This document shows, one piece after another, positions 1 through 8,678 of a stretch of 56,201 bases of DNA. The notes under the pieces were generated by a model that was not told the DNA's origin, searched no databases, and saw nothing but the letters and a program-made list of their open reading frames with translations. This stretch comes from an uncultured Nitrospira sp. GTDB taxonomy: Bacteria > Nitrospirota > Nitrospiria > Nitrospirales > Nitrospiraceae. Within the stretch, counting starts at the first letter, position 1. Every line of letters starts with the position of its first letter. Made by a program: the position numbers and the translations under genes. The stretch is from assembly GCA_964358535.1 (NCBI GenBank), contig CAYHQK010000001.1, forward strand, positions 1 to 56,201, in the 5' to 3' direction.

Positions 1-1
1 C

Positions 2-325
2 CTCGCCAGTTTGGTGCTGGGGCTCTCGATCAGCGTGACCGCCCTGCGCCACAATCTGCCATTGGCCCTGCTCGGTGTCGCGGTGCGGATGGGGGGAGGA
101 TTGCTGCTCGGCCTCTCGGCCGTAATTCTCCTAGACCTGACGGGCCTGGAACGGGCGATTGTGATTCTGGTCTCCGCGATGCCCTCGGCAGTCAATTCTG
201 TGGTCTTCGCCACAGAAACGAATTTGGACGAAGAGCTAGTCACCTCCATCGTGGCCCTCTCCATTTGCCTCGGCATCGCCCTCCTCCCCTGGCTGCCCCA
301 GCTTTCCTTATTCCTGCTCGGCTGA
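2..325 (+). CDS. AEC (auxin-efflux-carrier-like) family membrane transporter, C-terminal fragment; 5' end outside window
   Basis: Reading frame is open to the window edge (track ORF 11..325 is only the first in-frame start); all-hydrophobic TM segments with ...VSAMPSAVNSVVFATE... typical of AEC-type permease C-termini. Confidence 0.6.
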   Translation, partial: LASLVLGLSISVTALRHNLPLALLGVAVRMGGGLLLGLSAVILLDLTGLERAIVILVSAMPSAVNSVVFATETNLDEELVTSIVALSICLGIALLPWLPQLSLFLLG

Positions 326-368
326 CCACTATCAATGGTCCCTCCAAGCTTGCTTGCTTTCTTTTCAC

Positions 369-514
369 GGGAGGGTGGTCTGCTTGATCTCCCACTGCGC
401 GCAGCTTTCTCACCCGCCCACCCACTGGCACGTCGAAACGTGCCATTAGCCCGGGCGAGGGCCTTCTCAGACCGCGCGTTGCGCGAGCACAGGAGATCAA
501 CAGACCACTCTCCC
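369..514. repeat. Type-B extended-hairpin repeat, divergent copy with an inserted 8-bp hairpin (426..445 TGGCACGT-cgaa-ACGTGCCA); lies between two convergent genes, so possibly also a bidirectional terminator
   Basis: Arms 369..392 GGGAGGGTGGTCTGCTTGATCTCC and 492..514 GGAGATCAACAGACCACTCTCCC are near-perfect reverse complements; core CACTGCGCGC...GAGGGCCTTCTCAGACCGCGCGTTGCGCGAGCACAGG is shared with 12637..12731, 17062..17152, 43485..43568. Confidence 0.7.
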
Positions 515-515
515 C

Positions 516-3500
516 TCACACCCATTCCGGCGCATGCTCCTTCCCCGCTTCTTGTTCTGCGAACCCTCGATAGAGGGCCGGCAACACCACCAACGTAAGC
601 AGGGTCGAGGTGAAGAGCCCGCCGATCACGACGGTCGCAAGCGGCCGCTGCACTTCGGCCCCGATCCCCTGCGCGAGGGCGAGAGGCAGCAGGCCCAGCA
701 GCGTCGTCATCATCGTCATGACGACCGGGCGAAGCCGGAGGACGCAACCATTCACGATGGCTTGGTCCATCTGCGCGCCTTCATTGCGCAACTGATTGAC
801 ATAGGAGACCAGCACGATCCCGTTCCCGACCGCCAGGCCAAAGAGTTCGATAAAGCCGATCGACGCAGGCACGCTCAGGTATTGTCCGCTCAGCCACAGA
901 GACACGACACCTCCGATCATCGCGAAGGGGAGATTCATAATGATCAAGGTTGCGTAACGAAGCGAATGAAAGGCCCAGAAAAGCAGAAAGAAGACGAGGC
1001 CCAGCGTGACCGGCACCACGAACAAGAGCCGTGCGTTGGCCCGCTCCATGTTCTCGAAGGCCCCGCCCCAGGTGACGCTATACCCCTCCGGCAGGCGAAT
1101 CTGCCCCGCCAGCTTCTTGCGCCCTTCATCGACGACACTCCCGATATCGCGGCCCACGACATTGAAACCGATGTACATGCGGCGTTTCACATGCTCGCGG
1201 CTGATGCGGAGCGGTCCTTCGCGCATCTCGATCGTGGCGAGATCGCTCATCGGGATCAGAGCGCCGGACGCGGACTTCACCCGAATCTCGCCGATGGTGC
1301 CGATGCTGTTACGGGAGGCTTCTGGGAACCGGAGCGTCAGCTGAAAGCGCCGCTCGCCTTCGTAGACTTGGGTGGCAGGCCTGCCGCCGATGGCGGTGGT
1401 GATGATCTCCTGCACATCGGCCACGTTGATACCAAAGCGGGCAATCTTCTGACGGTCGATATCGACCGTCAGATAGGGCTGGCCGGCGATCTGCTCGACT
1501 TTAATGTCTTTGACGCCCTCAATCTGCTGCATCAAGGAGGCGATCTCCTCCGCCTTGTCGTGCAGCACGTCGAGATCGTCCCCGAAGATCTTGATCGCAC
1601 ATTCGGTCCTGATGCCGGAGATCAATTCATCCACCCGTTCTTGAATCGGCTGGCTCATGAGGACGGAAATGCCGGGAATCTCCGCCAGCTTTTTCCGGAT
1701 GGCGTCGGTCAATTGAGACTGAGTGGCCGCCGTCTTCCATGTGCTCCGATCGTTCAAGGATACGACCGGATCGCTCTCGTTCGGCTCTTCCGGCCCATAG
1801 GCAATATCCGGCCTCCCGATCCTGCTCACGGCCATCCTCACTTCTGGAAACTCCAGCATCGCCCGATGGGCTTGCTTCTCCATCTCGATGGACTCCGGCA
1901 GCGAGACGCTAGGCAGCCGCACAATCTGAGGCGTCAGAGCCCCTTCTTCCAGAAGAGGGATGAACTCCCTCCCGACCAAGGGCACGAGCGCGAGGCTGCC
2001 CAACACGATCGCCGTCGAACCGGTTAGAACGAGACGGCGATGCCGGAGCGTCCAGTGCAGCACCGGCACATAGCGCTGCTTCATCCACAGTGTGAGGCGC
2101 GTCTCCTCCGGATGGTCTCCACGCAAGAGGAGGGAGGCCAGGACCGGCGAGAGGGTCAGAGTGACCACGACCGAGGCCAGGAGCGCGATCACCAGCGTAT
2201 AGGCCAGCGGCGCGAACATCTTCCCCTCCATGCCATGAAGCGTCATGAGCGGCAGGAAGACGACGCTGATGATGAGAATGCCGAAGAGGATCGGCCGGCC
2301 CACTTCTTTCGTGGCGTGAAGGATCACCTCCGTCTTGCTCTTCCTCGTCGCGCCGTGGTTCTGCGCCAGGTGCCGATAGACATTTTCCACCACGACCAGC
2401 GACCCGTCCGCGATCTCGCCGATGGCGATGGCCAGCCCGCCGAGCGTCATCAAGTTGGCCGAGAGCCCGAACCGTTCCATCACGATGAACGTAATCAGGG
2501 GGGTCACGATGAGCGTGGCCGTCACGACGACGGCACTGCGGACGTGTCCCAGGAAGAAAAAGAAGACGAAGACCACCAGCACGATCCCCTCGATCAAGGC
2601 GTCCCGCACCGTCTCGATGGCCGCCGTGACCAACTCGATGCGATCGTAGAAGGGCAGGATCTTCGTGCCGGACGGAAGGAGGTGATTCTGCTGCAGATCC
2701 TCCACCTTGGCTTTAACCGCTTCGACCACCTGACGCGCATTGCCCCCGCGAATCATGAGCACGGTGCCAGCCACGACCTCCCGCTCCCCGTTGAGCACCA
2801 CCGCCCCATGGCGAACGGCATGGCCGATGCGGACTTCTGCGACATCGCGGACGAAGACCGGCGTGCCGCCGGACTCCTTCACGATGATGGACTCGATATC
2901 GCCCAGGGTCTTGATCAGTCCCAGGCCTCGGACGATCGCGCGTTCCGCATGGCGCTCCAGCACGTTGCCGCCGGCATTGGCATTGTTCTTCGCCACCGCC
3001 TCATAGATATCGTGGAGCGTCAGATCGTATTTGCGGAGCTTGGCCGGATCGACCAAGACTTGATACTGCTTCACGAACCCGCCCATGCCGTTCACATCGA
3101 TCACGCCCGGCACGCTCTTGAGCAGCGGGCGCAAGACCCAATCCTGCAGCGTGCGCTGCTCCGTCAGCTCCGCCTCAATGACCTTCGGATCGGTCACCGC
3201 CGCATGAGGCCCTTCGACATAATATTGATAGACCTCACCAAGCCCGGTACTCACGGGGGCCATCACCGGATCGAGCCCCTCGGGCAAACGCTCTTTCGCG
3301 GACATGATCCGTTCGAGGACCAACTGGCGGGCAAAATAGATATCGACATCGTCGTTGAACACGACCGTGATCTGCGAAAGGGCGAATTTGGAGAGGGATC
3401 GGATCTCCGCTAAACCAGGCAGGCCGGTCATCTGGAGCTCAAGCGGATAGGTGATGAATCGTTCGACTTCGACTGGCGAGAGGCCCGGTGCGTCCGTCAG

Positions 3501-3647
3501 CACCTGCACCTGGATGTTCGTCACGTCCGGGTAGGCATCGATCGGAATCGACTGAAAGGCGAAGACCCCGGCAACGGACAAGAGACAGGCCAGGCCCAGG
3601 ACCAGGATCCGTTGCCGCAGCGAGAATTCCAGAAGAGACGCGATCAT
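516..3647 (-). CDS. Heavy-metal-efflux (CusA/CzcA family) RND inner-membrane pump
   Basis: 1043-aa ORF with RND length and TM layout; N-terminus MIASLLEFSLRQRILVLGLA...IPIDAYPDVTNIQVQV is characteristic of CusA/CzcA-type pumps; start overlaps adaptor stop (ATGA at 3644..3647). Confidence 0.9.
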   Translation of the reverse strand: MIASLLEFSLRQRILVLGLACLLSVAGVFAFQSIPIDAYPDVTNIQVQVLTDAPGLSPVEVERFITYPLELQMTGLPGLAEIRSLSKFALSQITVVFNDDVDIYFARQLVLERIMSAKERLPEGLDPVMAPVSTGLGEVYQYYVEGPHAAVTDPKVIEAELTEQRTLQDWVLRPLLKSVPGVIDVNGMGGFVKQYQVLVDPAKLRKYDLTLHDIYEAVAKNNANAGGNVLERHAERAIVRGLGLIKTLGDIESIIVKESGGTPVFVRDVAEVRIGHAVRHGAVVLNGEREVVAGTVLMIRGGNARQVVEAVKAKVEDLQQNHLLPSGTKILPFYDRIELVTAAIETVRDALIEGIVLVVFVFFFFLGHVRSAVVVTATLIVTPLITFIVMERFGLSANLMTLGGLAIAIGEIADGSLVVVENVYRHLAQNHGATRKSKTEVILHATKEVGRPILFGILIISVVFLPLMTLHGMEGKMFAPLAYTLVIALLASVVVTLTLSPVLASLLLRGDHPEETRLTLWMKQRYVPVLHWTLRHRRLVLTGSTAIVLGSLALVPLVGREFIPLLEEGALTPQIVRLPSVSLPESIEMEKQAHRAMLEFPEVRMAVSRIGRPDIAYGPEEPNESDPVVSLNDRSTWKTAATQSQLTDAIRKKLAEIPGISVLMSQPIQERVDELISGIRTECAIKIFGDDLDVLHDKAEEIASLMQQIEGVKDIKVEQIAGQPYLTVDIDRQKIARFGINVADVQEIITTAIGGRPATQVYEGERRFQLTLRFPEASRNSIGTIGEIRVKSASGALIPMSDLATIEMREGPLRISREHVKRRMYIGFNVVGRDIGSVVDEGRKKLAGQIRLPEGYSVTWGGAFENMERANARLLFVVPVTLGLVFFLLFWAFHSLRYATLIIMNLPFAMIGGVVSLWLSGQYLSVPASIGFIELFGLAVGNGIVLVSYVNQLRNEGAQMDQAIVNGCVLRLRPVVMTMMTTLLGLLPLALAQGIGAEVQRPLATVVIGGLFTSTLLTLVVLPALYRGFAEQEAGKEHAPEWV

Positions 3648-4822
3648 AGCGCCGGCTCGATCTTATGCCGTTCCATTTCAGATCTGAGCACGAAGGCCCC
3701 TTTGGTGACGACCTCCTCGCCCTCGCGCACCCCCTCCAGCACCGTCACCACCTCTCCCTGCTCGTTTCCCAACGTGACCGTTCGCACGTCGAACTCGTTC
3801 GTGCTTCGCCGGACAAAGAGTATTTTGCCCGCCGACCCGTTTTGAACGGCCGCGAGCGGCACGGTCAGGGCATCCGGAGTCGGCGCCGCATAGACACGGA
3901 CTGTGGCGAACATTTCCGGCTTCAGCAATCGATCGAGGTTCGGCACCGTCACCCGCAGGCGCATCGTGCGGGTGGCAGGATCGAGCACATCGCTGATGTA
4001 GGTGATTGTCCCCGGAAAGATGGCATGGGGATAGGCGGACACGACGACATCGACTTTTTGCTCCTTGCGGATGAACTGCACGTCCTTCTCCGGCACATTG
4101 CCAACGACCCACACCTCCGAAAGATCCGCCACGGTAAAGAACTTCTGGTTCGTCTCGACCACCTCACCCCTGGTGATATTACGCATGATGACCCGGCCGT
4201 CGAACGGCGCGCGCAAGGGCACGTCGGCCTTGATCGTATGTTCGCGATCCAGCCGCGCAACTTCCTGCGGAGAGACACCGAGCAGTTCGAGACGATTCTT
4301 TGTTTCGCGCGCCTCGGCCCGCGCCGTTTTCATTTCGGCTTCGCGCCGCTGCACCTCGGCCAGACTCACGGCCCTCTGTTCATGCAGATCCCTGGCTCGC
4401 TCGTACGCCAGTTCCGCTTCGTGCAATCTTGCCGCAGCCTTTAAATAAGCCCCCTCCGCGACGCCGAGGTCCGTACTGTGGAGCATCGCCAGCAAGGTAT
4501 CTTTCTTCACATCTTTCCCGACATCCACATGGACCTTCACCACCCGGCCCCTGATGAGCGTGGTCACCTCAGCCAGTTCATTTTCGTTGGATTGAACGGT
4601 GGCGGGAAACTCCCGAGGCACACGCAACTGCCCACGGGCAACCGGCGCAACCTCAATGGCCGTCCGCGCGAGTTCTTCGGACGTGAGACGGAGCACCCCT
4701 AGCCTGTCAGCCACAACGGCCTTCTTGGCCTCAGGTGCTCGGTCGGGAGTTCTCTCGCAAGCAGCCAATCCAGCGAGGGCTAAAGCAACGAAGAGAACGA
4801 AGCTGACGGATTTTTTTAGCAT
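3644..4822 (-). CDS. Efflux RND periplasmic adaptor (HlyD/CzcB/CusB-like membrane fusion protein), lipoprotein-type signal
   Basis: MLKKSVSFVLFVALALAGLAAC signal/lipobox, coiled-coil hairpin region and beta-barrel C-terminus; Met at 4822 preferred over track start 4888 because of the signal peptide and a -24/-12 element at 4872..4887. Confidence 0.85.
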   Translation of the reverse strand: MLKKSVSFVLFVALALAGLAACERTPDRAPEAKKAVVADRLGVLRLTSEELARTAIEVAPVARGQLRVPREFPATVQSNENELAEVTTLIRGRVVKVHVDVGKDVKKDTLLAMLHSTDLGVAEGAYLKAAARLHEAELAYERARDLHEQRAVSLAEVQRREAEMKTARAEARETKNRLELLGVSPQEVARLDREHTIKADVPLRAPFDGRVIMRNITRGEVVETNQKFFTVADLSEVWVVGNVPEKDVQFIRKEQKVDVVVSAYPHAIFPGTITYISDVLDPATRTMRLRVTVPNLDRLLKPEMFATVRVYAAPTPDALTVPLAAVQNGSAGKILFVRRSTNEFDVRTVTLGNEQGEVVTVLEGVREGEEVVTKGAFVLRSEMERHKIEPAL

Positions 4823-4830
4823 TCTGCTAG
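4802..4830 (-). repeat. Type-A element terminus (half copy) that contains the adaptor gene start codon
   Basis: Reverse complement CTAGCAGAATGCTAAAAAAATCCGTCAGC(TTCGTTCTC) matches the element end CTAGCAGGATGCTGAAAAAGTCCGCCAGC(TTCGTTCTC) seen at 6346, 12605, 19959, 36034. Confidence 0.7.
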
Positions 4831-4871
4831 GTGCTCCTGGCCTCATAGTCATACCACTCCATGAAAGATCC

Positions 4872-4887
4872 AGCAGGAGACGTGCCA
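4872..4887 (-). promoter_or_regulatory. sigma-54-type -24/-12 promoter-like element (TGGCACgtctcCTGCT)
   Basis: GG and GC dinucleotides 12 nt apart as in the TGGCAC-N5-TTGCW consensus; about 50 nt upstream of the adaptor ATG at 4822, same strand. Confidence 0.5.
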
Positions 4888-5039
4888 CGGAAAACTCGCG
4901 AATCTACAAGAAAAGAATAGACGATCTAGGAGCCTTTTGCCACGGTGCAGAGAAAGAACCGTGGTGAAAGGCCACAGAGAAATAGGAGAGGCGAAAAACG
5001 AACAGGAGCCGATTGCCGAGTGGAAAGGATGACCTTCTG

Positions 5040-5687
5040 CTACTGAGGATTACGCTCCCGGCCAGAGCGGAACATCGCGGAGGAGATGCCAATTGTGAGT
5101 AGCGCGCCGGTGAAAGCCGCCGCCATATCCTTCTGCGCATCCCACTCATCCCCTTGCGTCCCGAGGTAGGTGCTCCCTAATTCAGGGCTCACGATCGTCG
5201 CCACCATCGCTTCCACGATTTCAAAGAAGCCGCTCTGGGCCAAGATGGCACTGACGGGCAGGTACGAGGCCCAGAATCCATGCACCCCAGTCAGGCGAAT
5301 GAGCAGTTCACGAAGGGGATAGACCAACAGGGCGCCATAGGAGAAATGGACGATGCGATCGAAGGGGTTGCGACTCAACGCGAAGAAGTCTTTGAGCCAA
5401 AAACCGAACGGCACTTCGGAGTAGGTATAGTGCGAACCGACGGCATGGAGCGTCAGGAACAGACCGATGAGACAGTAGGAGGTCACGGAAAACCGGAAAC
5501 GCCGATACGTGAAAACTAAAATGACGACCAGCGTCAGGGAGAGCAGATTTTCCAGCAGCCAATCGCGGCGATCGACCGGCGCAACAGCCAACCAGCTCCA
5601 GAACAGCCCATAGAGCAGCAGCAGCCCCGAGAGCAGACGCCCGTTTCCCCCTCGCGCACCGCTCCGATCCACGACGTTGGCTCTCAT
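5040..5687 (-). CDS. DUF2238 (YjdF-like) inner membrane protein
   Basis: Polytopic membrane ORF with ...HAVGSHYTYSEVP...NPFDRIVHFSYG...YLGTQGDEWDAQKDMAAAF...; Met at 5687 chosen (2 nt after the upstream stop); track start 5729 is the alternative. Confidence 0.75.
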   Translation of the reverse strand: MRANVVDRSGARGGNGRLLSGLLLLYGLFWSWLAVAPVDRRDWLLENLLSLTLVVILVFTYRRFRFSVTSYCLIGLFLTLHAVGSHYTYSEVPFGFWLKDFFALSRNPFDRIVHFSYGALLVYPLRELLIRLTGVHGFWASYLPVSAILAQSGFFEIVEAMVATIVSPELGSTYLGTQGDEWDAQKDMAAAFTGALLTIGISSAMFRSGRERNPQ

Positions 5688-5688
5688 A

Positions 5689-6330
5689 TCAGGCTGATTC
5701 GGATGCGACAACGTGGGGCTGGAGCGCATCAGGCCGGCGCAGGCTGCGCGCGATTATGAGCAATGTCACGCAGAGCAGCGCGCCATAGAACGCGGCAGCC
5801 ATATCTTTCTGCGCATCCCACACATCCCCCTGAGAACCCAGATAGGTGATGCCCAGCTCAGGATGGACGGCGCTCGCCACCCATGATTCCAGAATTTCCC
5901 AGAGCCCGCTCAACCCCAGGACGGTCATGACCGGCAGATAGTAAAGCAGCCAGCCTCGCGCATGGGCCAGCAACCGGAAGGCCTCCTCCATCGGATAGGC
6001 GAGGAGAAAACCGAAACTAAAGTGCACGACGCGATCGAAGTGATTCCGTCCAAGATGCAGCGACTGATCCATCCAGGCGCCGATCGGCACCTCCGCATAG
6101 GTATAGCGCACGCCGATCGTATGGAGGCTCAAGAACATCATGATCAAGACATAGGAGGCCGTCGAAAGGGGCAGCCACCGGTGCAGCACGATCAGTCCCA
6201 CCACCGCCAACGCCGGGAGGATGCTGGCGATGGCCCAGAATTCCCGATCCACCGGATTGTAGGCGGTCCAGCCGGACAGCACCACATACCAGGCAAACAG
6301 ACCCCATAATAGCGATTTATTTTGAACCAT
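5689..6330 (-). CDS. DUF2238 (YjdF-like) inner membrane protein, tandem paralog
   Basis: Same conserved blocks (HTIGVRYTYAEVP, NHFDRVVHFSFG, YLGSQGDVWDAQKDMAAAF); start moved to ATG 6330 (SD TAGGAGG 7 nt upstream) because track residues 1-33 are encoded by the type-A repeat. Confidence 0.75.
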   Translation of the reverse strand: MVQNKSLLWGLFAWYVVLSGWTAYNPVDREFWAIASILPALAVVGLIVLHRWLPLSTASYVLIMMFLSLHTIGVRYTYAEVPIGAWMDQSLHLGRNHFDRVVHFSFGFLLAYPMEEAFRLLAHARGWLLYYLPVMTVLGLSGLWEILESWVASAVHPELGITYLGSQGDVWDAQKDMAAAFYGALLCVTLLIIARSLRRPDALQPHVVASESA

Positions 6331-6345
6331 CACCGTGCCTCCTAA

Positions 6346-6468
6346 CAGGATGCTGAAAAAGTCCGCCAGCTTCGTTCTCGCATCGTTCAGACCCTCAACG
6401 TACCCTACGGGTACGCCTCGGCCCTTCACTCGCTGCGGCCTTGCTGGACGGCCTTTTTGAGCATCCTG
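6346..6468 (+). repeat. Type-A TIR element, short form (123 bp)
   Basis: Terminal inverted repeats CAGGATGCTGAAAAAGTCCGCCAGC / GCTGGACGGCCTTTTTGAGCATCCTG; central hairpin CGTACCC-tac-GGGTACG at 6399..6415; paralogous copies at 27378..27496 and 36034..36158. Confidence 0.85.
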
Positions 6469-6796
6469 TGGTTATTCTGACCGTGATACCACTCGACGCA
6501 TTTCAGCCGTATGCTTCACATACACCAAGCTGTTCCGCAGCCTGCTAAGATCGCGAGAGACGCAGCCGACGCAAACATGGTGATCACTCTACTAGGGAAA
6601 CGCCCTTCGTTCAAGCGCCGGGAGGCCTCCGGTGAATCTCGAATTGCGCGGGCCGAACGGACAGGCCGCAGTCACGCTTATTGCCAGCACACTCTCGTAC
6701 CGGTGACACCGACAGAAGACATAGACGCACTCTCGACTTATAAACTCCTGCAACAGAAGCCGACATGAAACCGAGCGCTTCAGCCAGAAATGTTCG

Positions 6797-7486
6797 CTAG
6801 CGGCAGATCGTCTTTCGGATCGCTCCGCCGAGACCGCGAACCAGTTGGGGGTTCTCGCGCATCTGTCGTCCGAAATTCGCGGCAAAAACGCCGAGCTGAT
6901 AGTCTCCCGGCTCTTGGCCGTCCCGCCATTCAGCGATCAACTCGGTTAAAAGCGGTCCGGACACCTTAGCGCCCGTCGCAAAGTAGCCGACAAAGTGGCG
7001 CACCTGGTTGCCCGGCTCCCTATCTCGGTATTTACCGTCAAACCCTCCCTCCCCGAACCGGACAACCCCCTCAGGAGCCGGTTCGACCAGCGTCACGTCC
7101 CGATACCCCACACGCCCCGCAAGCACCCTTGCGCTGGTCTGAACAAGTGCGTCGAGATCCCAGGAGACATCACGGCCCAGTTCGTCGAATAGTCGGGCCA
7201 TCGCTTCGCAATCGGTGATCCGGTGGGCGGCGACCTCCTGCTGCGTCTCTTGCGCACGCGCCCGAAACATCGGCTCCGCAGGCTCACAACGGCCCTCGTG
7301 CTTGGCATACCCTTCCTTGCACCGACACCGGACGACTTCCACGTCCCCCTGCCGTTCAACGATGTAGGGTTCCGAATTCGGCGGACAGCCCTCAGCCCAA
7401 ACGGTCTCGACATCCCATAGCAGCGCACACAGGAATATCACTCCCCCGATCCGCATGACGCCGGTCATAGCCTTAGTCCAGTACAT
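6797..7486 (-). CDS. Secreted Cys-rich protein of unknown function
   Basis: 229-aa ORF with N-terminal signal-like segment (IGGVIFLCALLW), Cys-rich CPPNSEPY...CRCKEGYAKHEGRC stretch; start overlaps the upstream gene by 14 nt. Confidence 0.55.
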   Translation of the reverse strand: MYWTKAMTGVMRIGGVIFLCALLWDVETVWAEGCPPNSEPYIVERQGDVEVVRCRCKEGYAKHEGRCEPAEPMFRARAQETQQEVAAHRITDCEAMARLFDELGRDVSWDLDALVQTSARVLAGRVGYRDVTLVEPAPEGVVRFGEGGFDGKYRDREPGNQVRHFVGYFATGAKVSGPLLTELIAEWRDGQEPGDYQLGVFAANFGRQMRENPQLVRGLGGAIRKTICR

Positions 7487-8678
7487 AGATTTTTTTCACC
7501 TCCTCCGCTTTCTTTTTCATCTGCTCTGCCGCCTTCTGCATCCAGTTGGTCAGCCCGTTCGCTGGCAGGGGACCCGACACGACCGGTGGAGGCGGAGGCG
7601 GCTCACGGGTAATCCGCTGCCACGTGTCCTTCACTTGTGTGGTCTTCTGGAGCGCGTGACCGAGAGTCTTCGCCGTCTCCACCGTCAGCGGCCGCTCCAT
7701 GTCCCGCATGAGGGTCCCGCGCTCTTCGGGCTTGGGCATGTAATGTTGCGCGATGTGGCTGACGTCGAGCGTGGCTCTGAGCCCGGTCGCTTCGGTTCGA
7801 CCATACAGATCACGCGTCTCGTTCACCGCAACGGCGACGGTCCCTTTTGCTTCCCGGTCAAACCCGAGCCCGGTGTCCGAGGCCGCGCCTTCGTACTTCT
7901 GATCCGCCAAACTCCCCAATTTAGCCCGGCCGCCTGCAGCTTGCGTGACGATCAGGTCGCGCAAGGCTTGGCTCTGCTCGATCGCGCTCCTGAGAGCGCC
8001 CTTCTGCTCCACACTGATCGAGAGGGCCCCCAGATAATCATTGGCGGCGCGCTGTTCCAACTGCTGCCGCTCCGTTGCCGGCAGAGGCATACCCAGCCGT
8101 GTGACCGCAAGATCGTACTCCTGCTGATGCATCCGGTTCTGCACCTGCAACAGCTGCTGAATACCGCGACGCGCCTCCGGATCCCCCTCAAGCCGGCGAT
8201 TAAGATCGCGGCTGAATCGCGGGTCCGCATTGAGTTTGGCGAGCAGCGCCTGCTGGTACTCGGCCTGTGCATTCTGATCGTTGCGACCGAGCCTGGCCGC
8301 CAGGGAGGGATTGTCGCGCAACACCGTCTCTCCCAACCGGCTCACGACATCCGGATGCGCCTGCGCAGCGGCTTCGAGGTGTTTGTTGTACACGCCGCGG
8401 TACGTGTTTTCGACCTGCTCCGCGCCCTGCCGCAATGTTTCGAAATTGCGCTGGAACTCCTGGATCGCGCCTTCGAACCGCGCGCGCTGCTCCGGTGGGA
8501 GTTCGCTCGCCACTCGGTCGAGACGGTTCTGCTGTTGCGTGATCTGCAGACCGTTGCAACTCGTATCCACCATGACCTGAGGGAACGCGCTCGTCAAGCC
8601 GGTGACACAACTCAGTCCCCACACCAGCGCCGCCGCTTGCCACATCATCGAAACCAGACCTCTCATTCCCGACACCAT
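7473..8678 (-). CDS. Secreted/lipoprotein-like helical Gln-rich protein of unknown function
   Basis: 401-aa ORF, signal-like N-terminus (AAALVWGLSC), long helical Q/R/E-rich region, PPPPPP tract near the C-terminus; overlaps neighbours on both sides (16 and 14 nt). Confidence 0.55.
   Translation of the reverse strand: MVSGMRGLVSMMWQAAALVWGLSCVTGLTSAFPQVMVDTSCNGLQITQQQNRLDRVASELPPEQRARFEGAIQEFQRNFETLRQGAEQVENTYRGVYNKHLEAAAQAHPDVVSRLGETVLRDNPSLAARLGRNDQNAQAEYQQALLAKLNADPRFSRDLNRRLEGDPEARRGIQQLLQVQNRMHQQEYDLAVTRLGMPLPATERQQLEQRAANDYLGALSISVEQKGALRSAIEQSQALRDLIVTQAAGGRAKLGSLADQKYEGAASDTGLGFDREAKGTVAVAVNETRDLYGRTEATGLRATLDVSHIAQHYMPKPEERGTLMRDMERPLTVETAKTLGHALQKTTQVKDTWQRITREPPPPPPVVSGPLPANGLTNWMQKAAEQMKKKAEEVKKIYVLD

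Noticed and set aside
534-3413. Long antisense ORFs inside the RND pump gene (534..2027 +, 2040..3413 +), and similar shadow ORFs opposite most large genes (e.g. 7455..8726 +, 35203..35934 -, 36943..38118 -, 45963..46700 -)
   Set aside because: Their translations are low-complexity and rich in R/G/P/H/D, with no recognisable domains. They lie opposite ORFs with clear family signatures. This is typical of stop-poor frames in high-GC DNA.
6331-6470. Possible yjdF-type riboswitch upstream of the YjdF-like (DUF2238) genes
   Set aside because: The upstream sequence is simply a copy of the dispersed type-A element, which is also found next to unrelated genes. As far as I know, the yjdF motif is a Firmicutes element with a different architecture.
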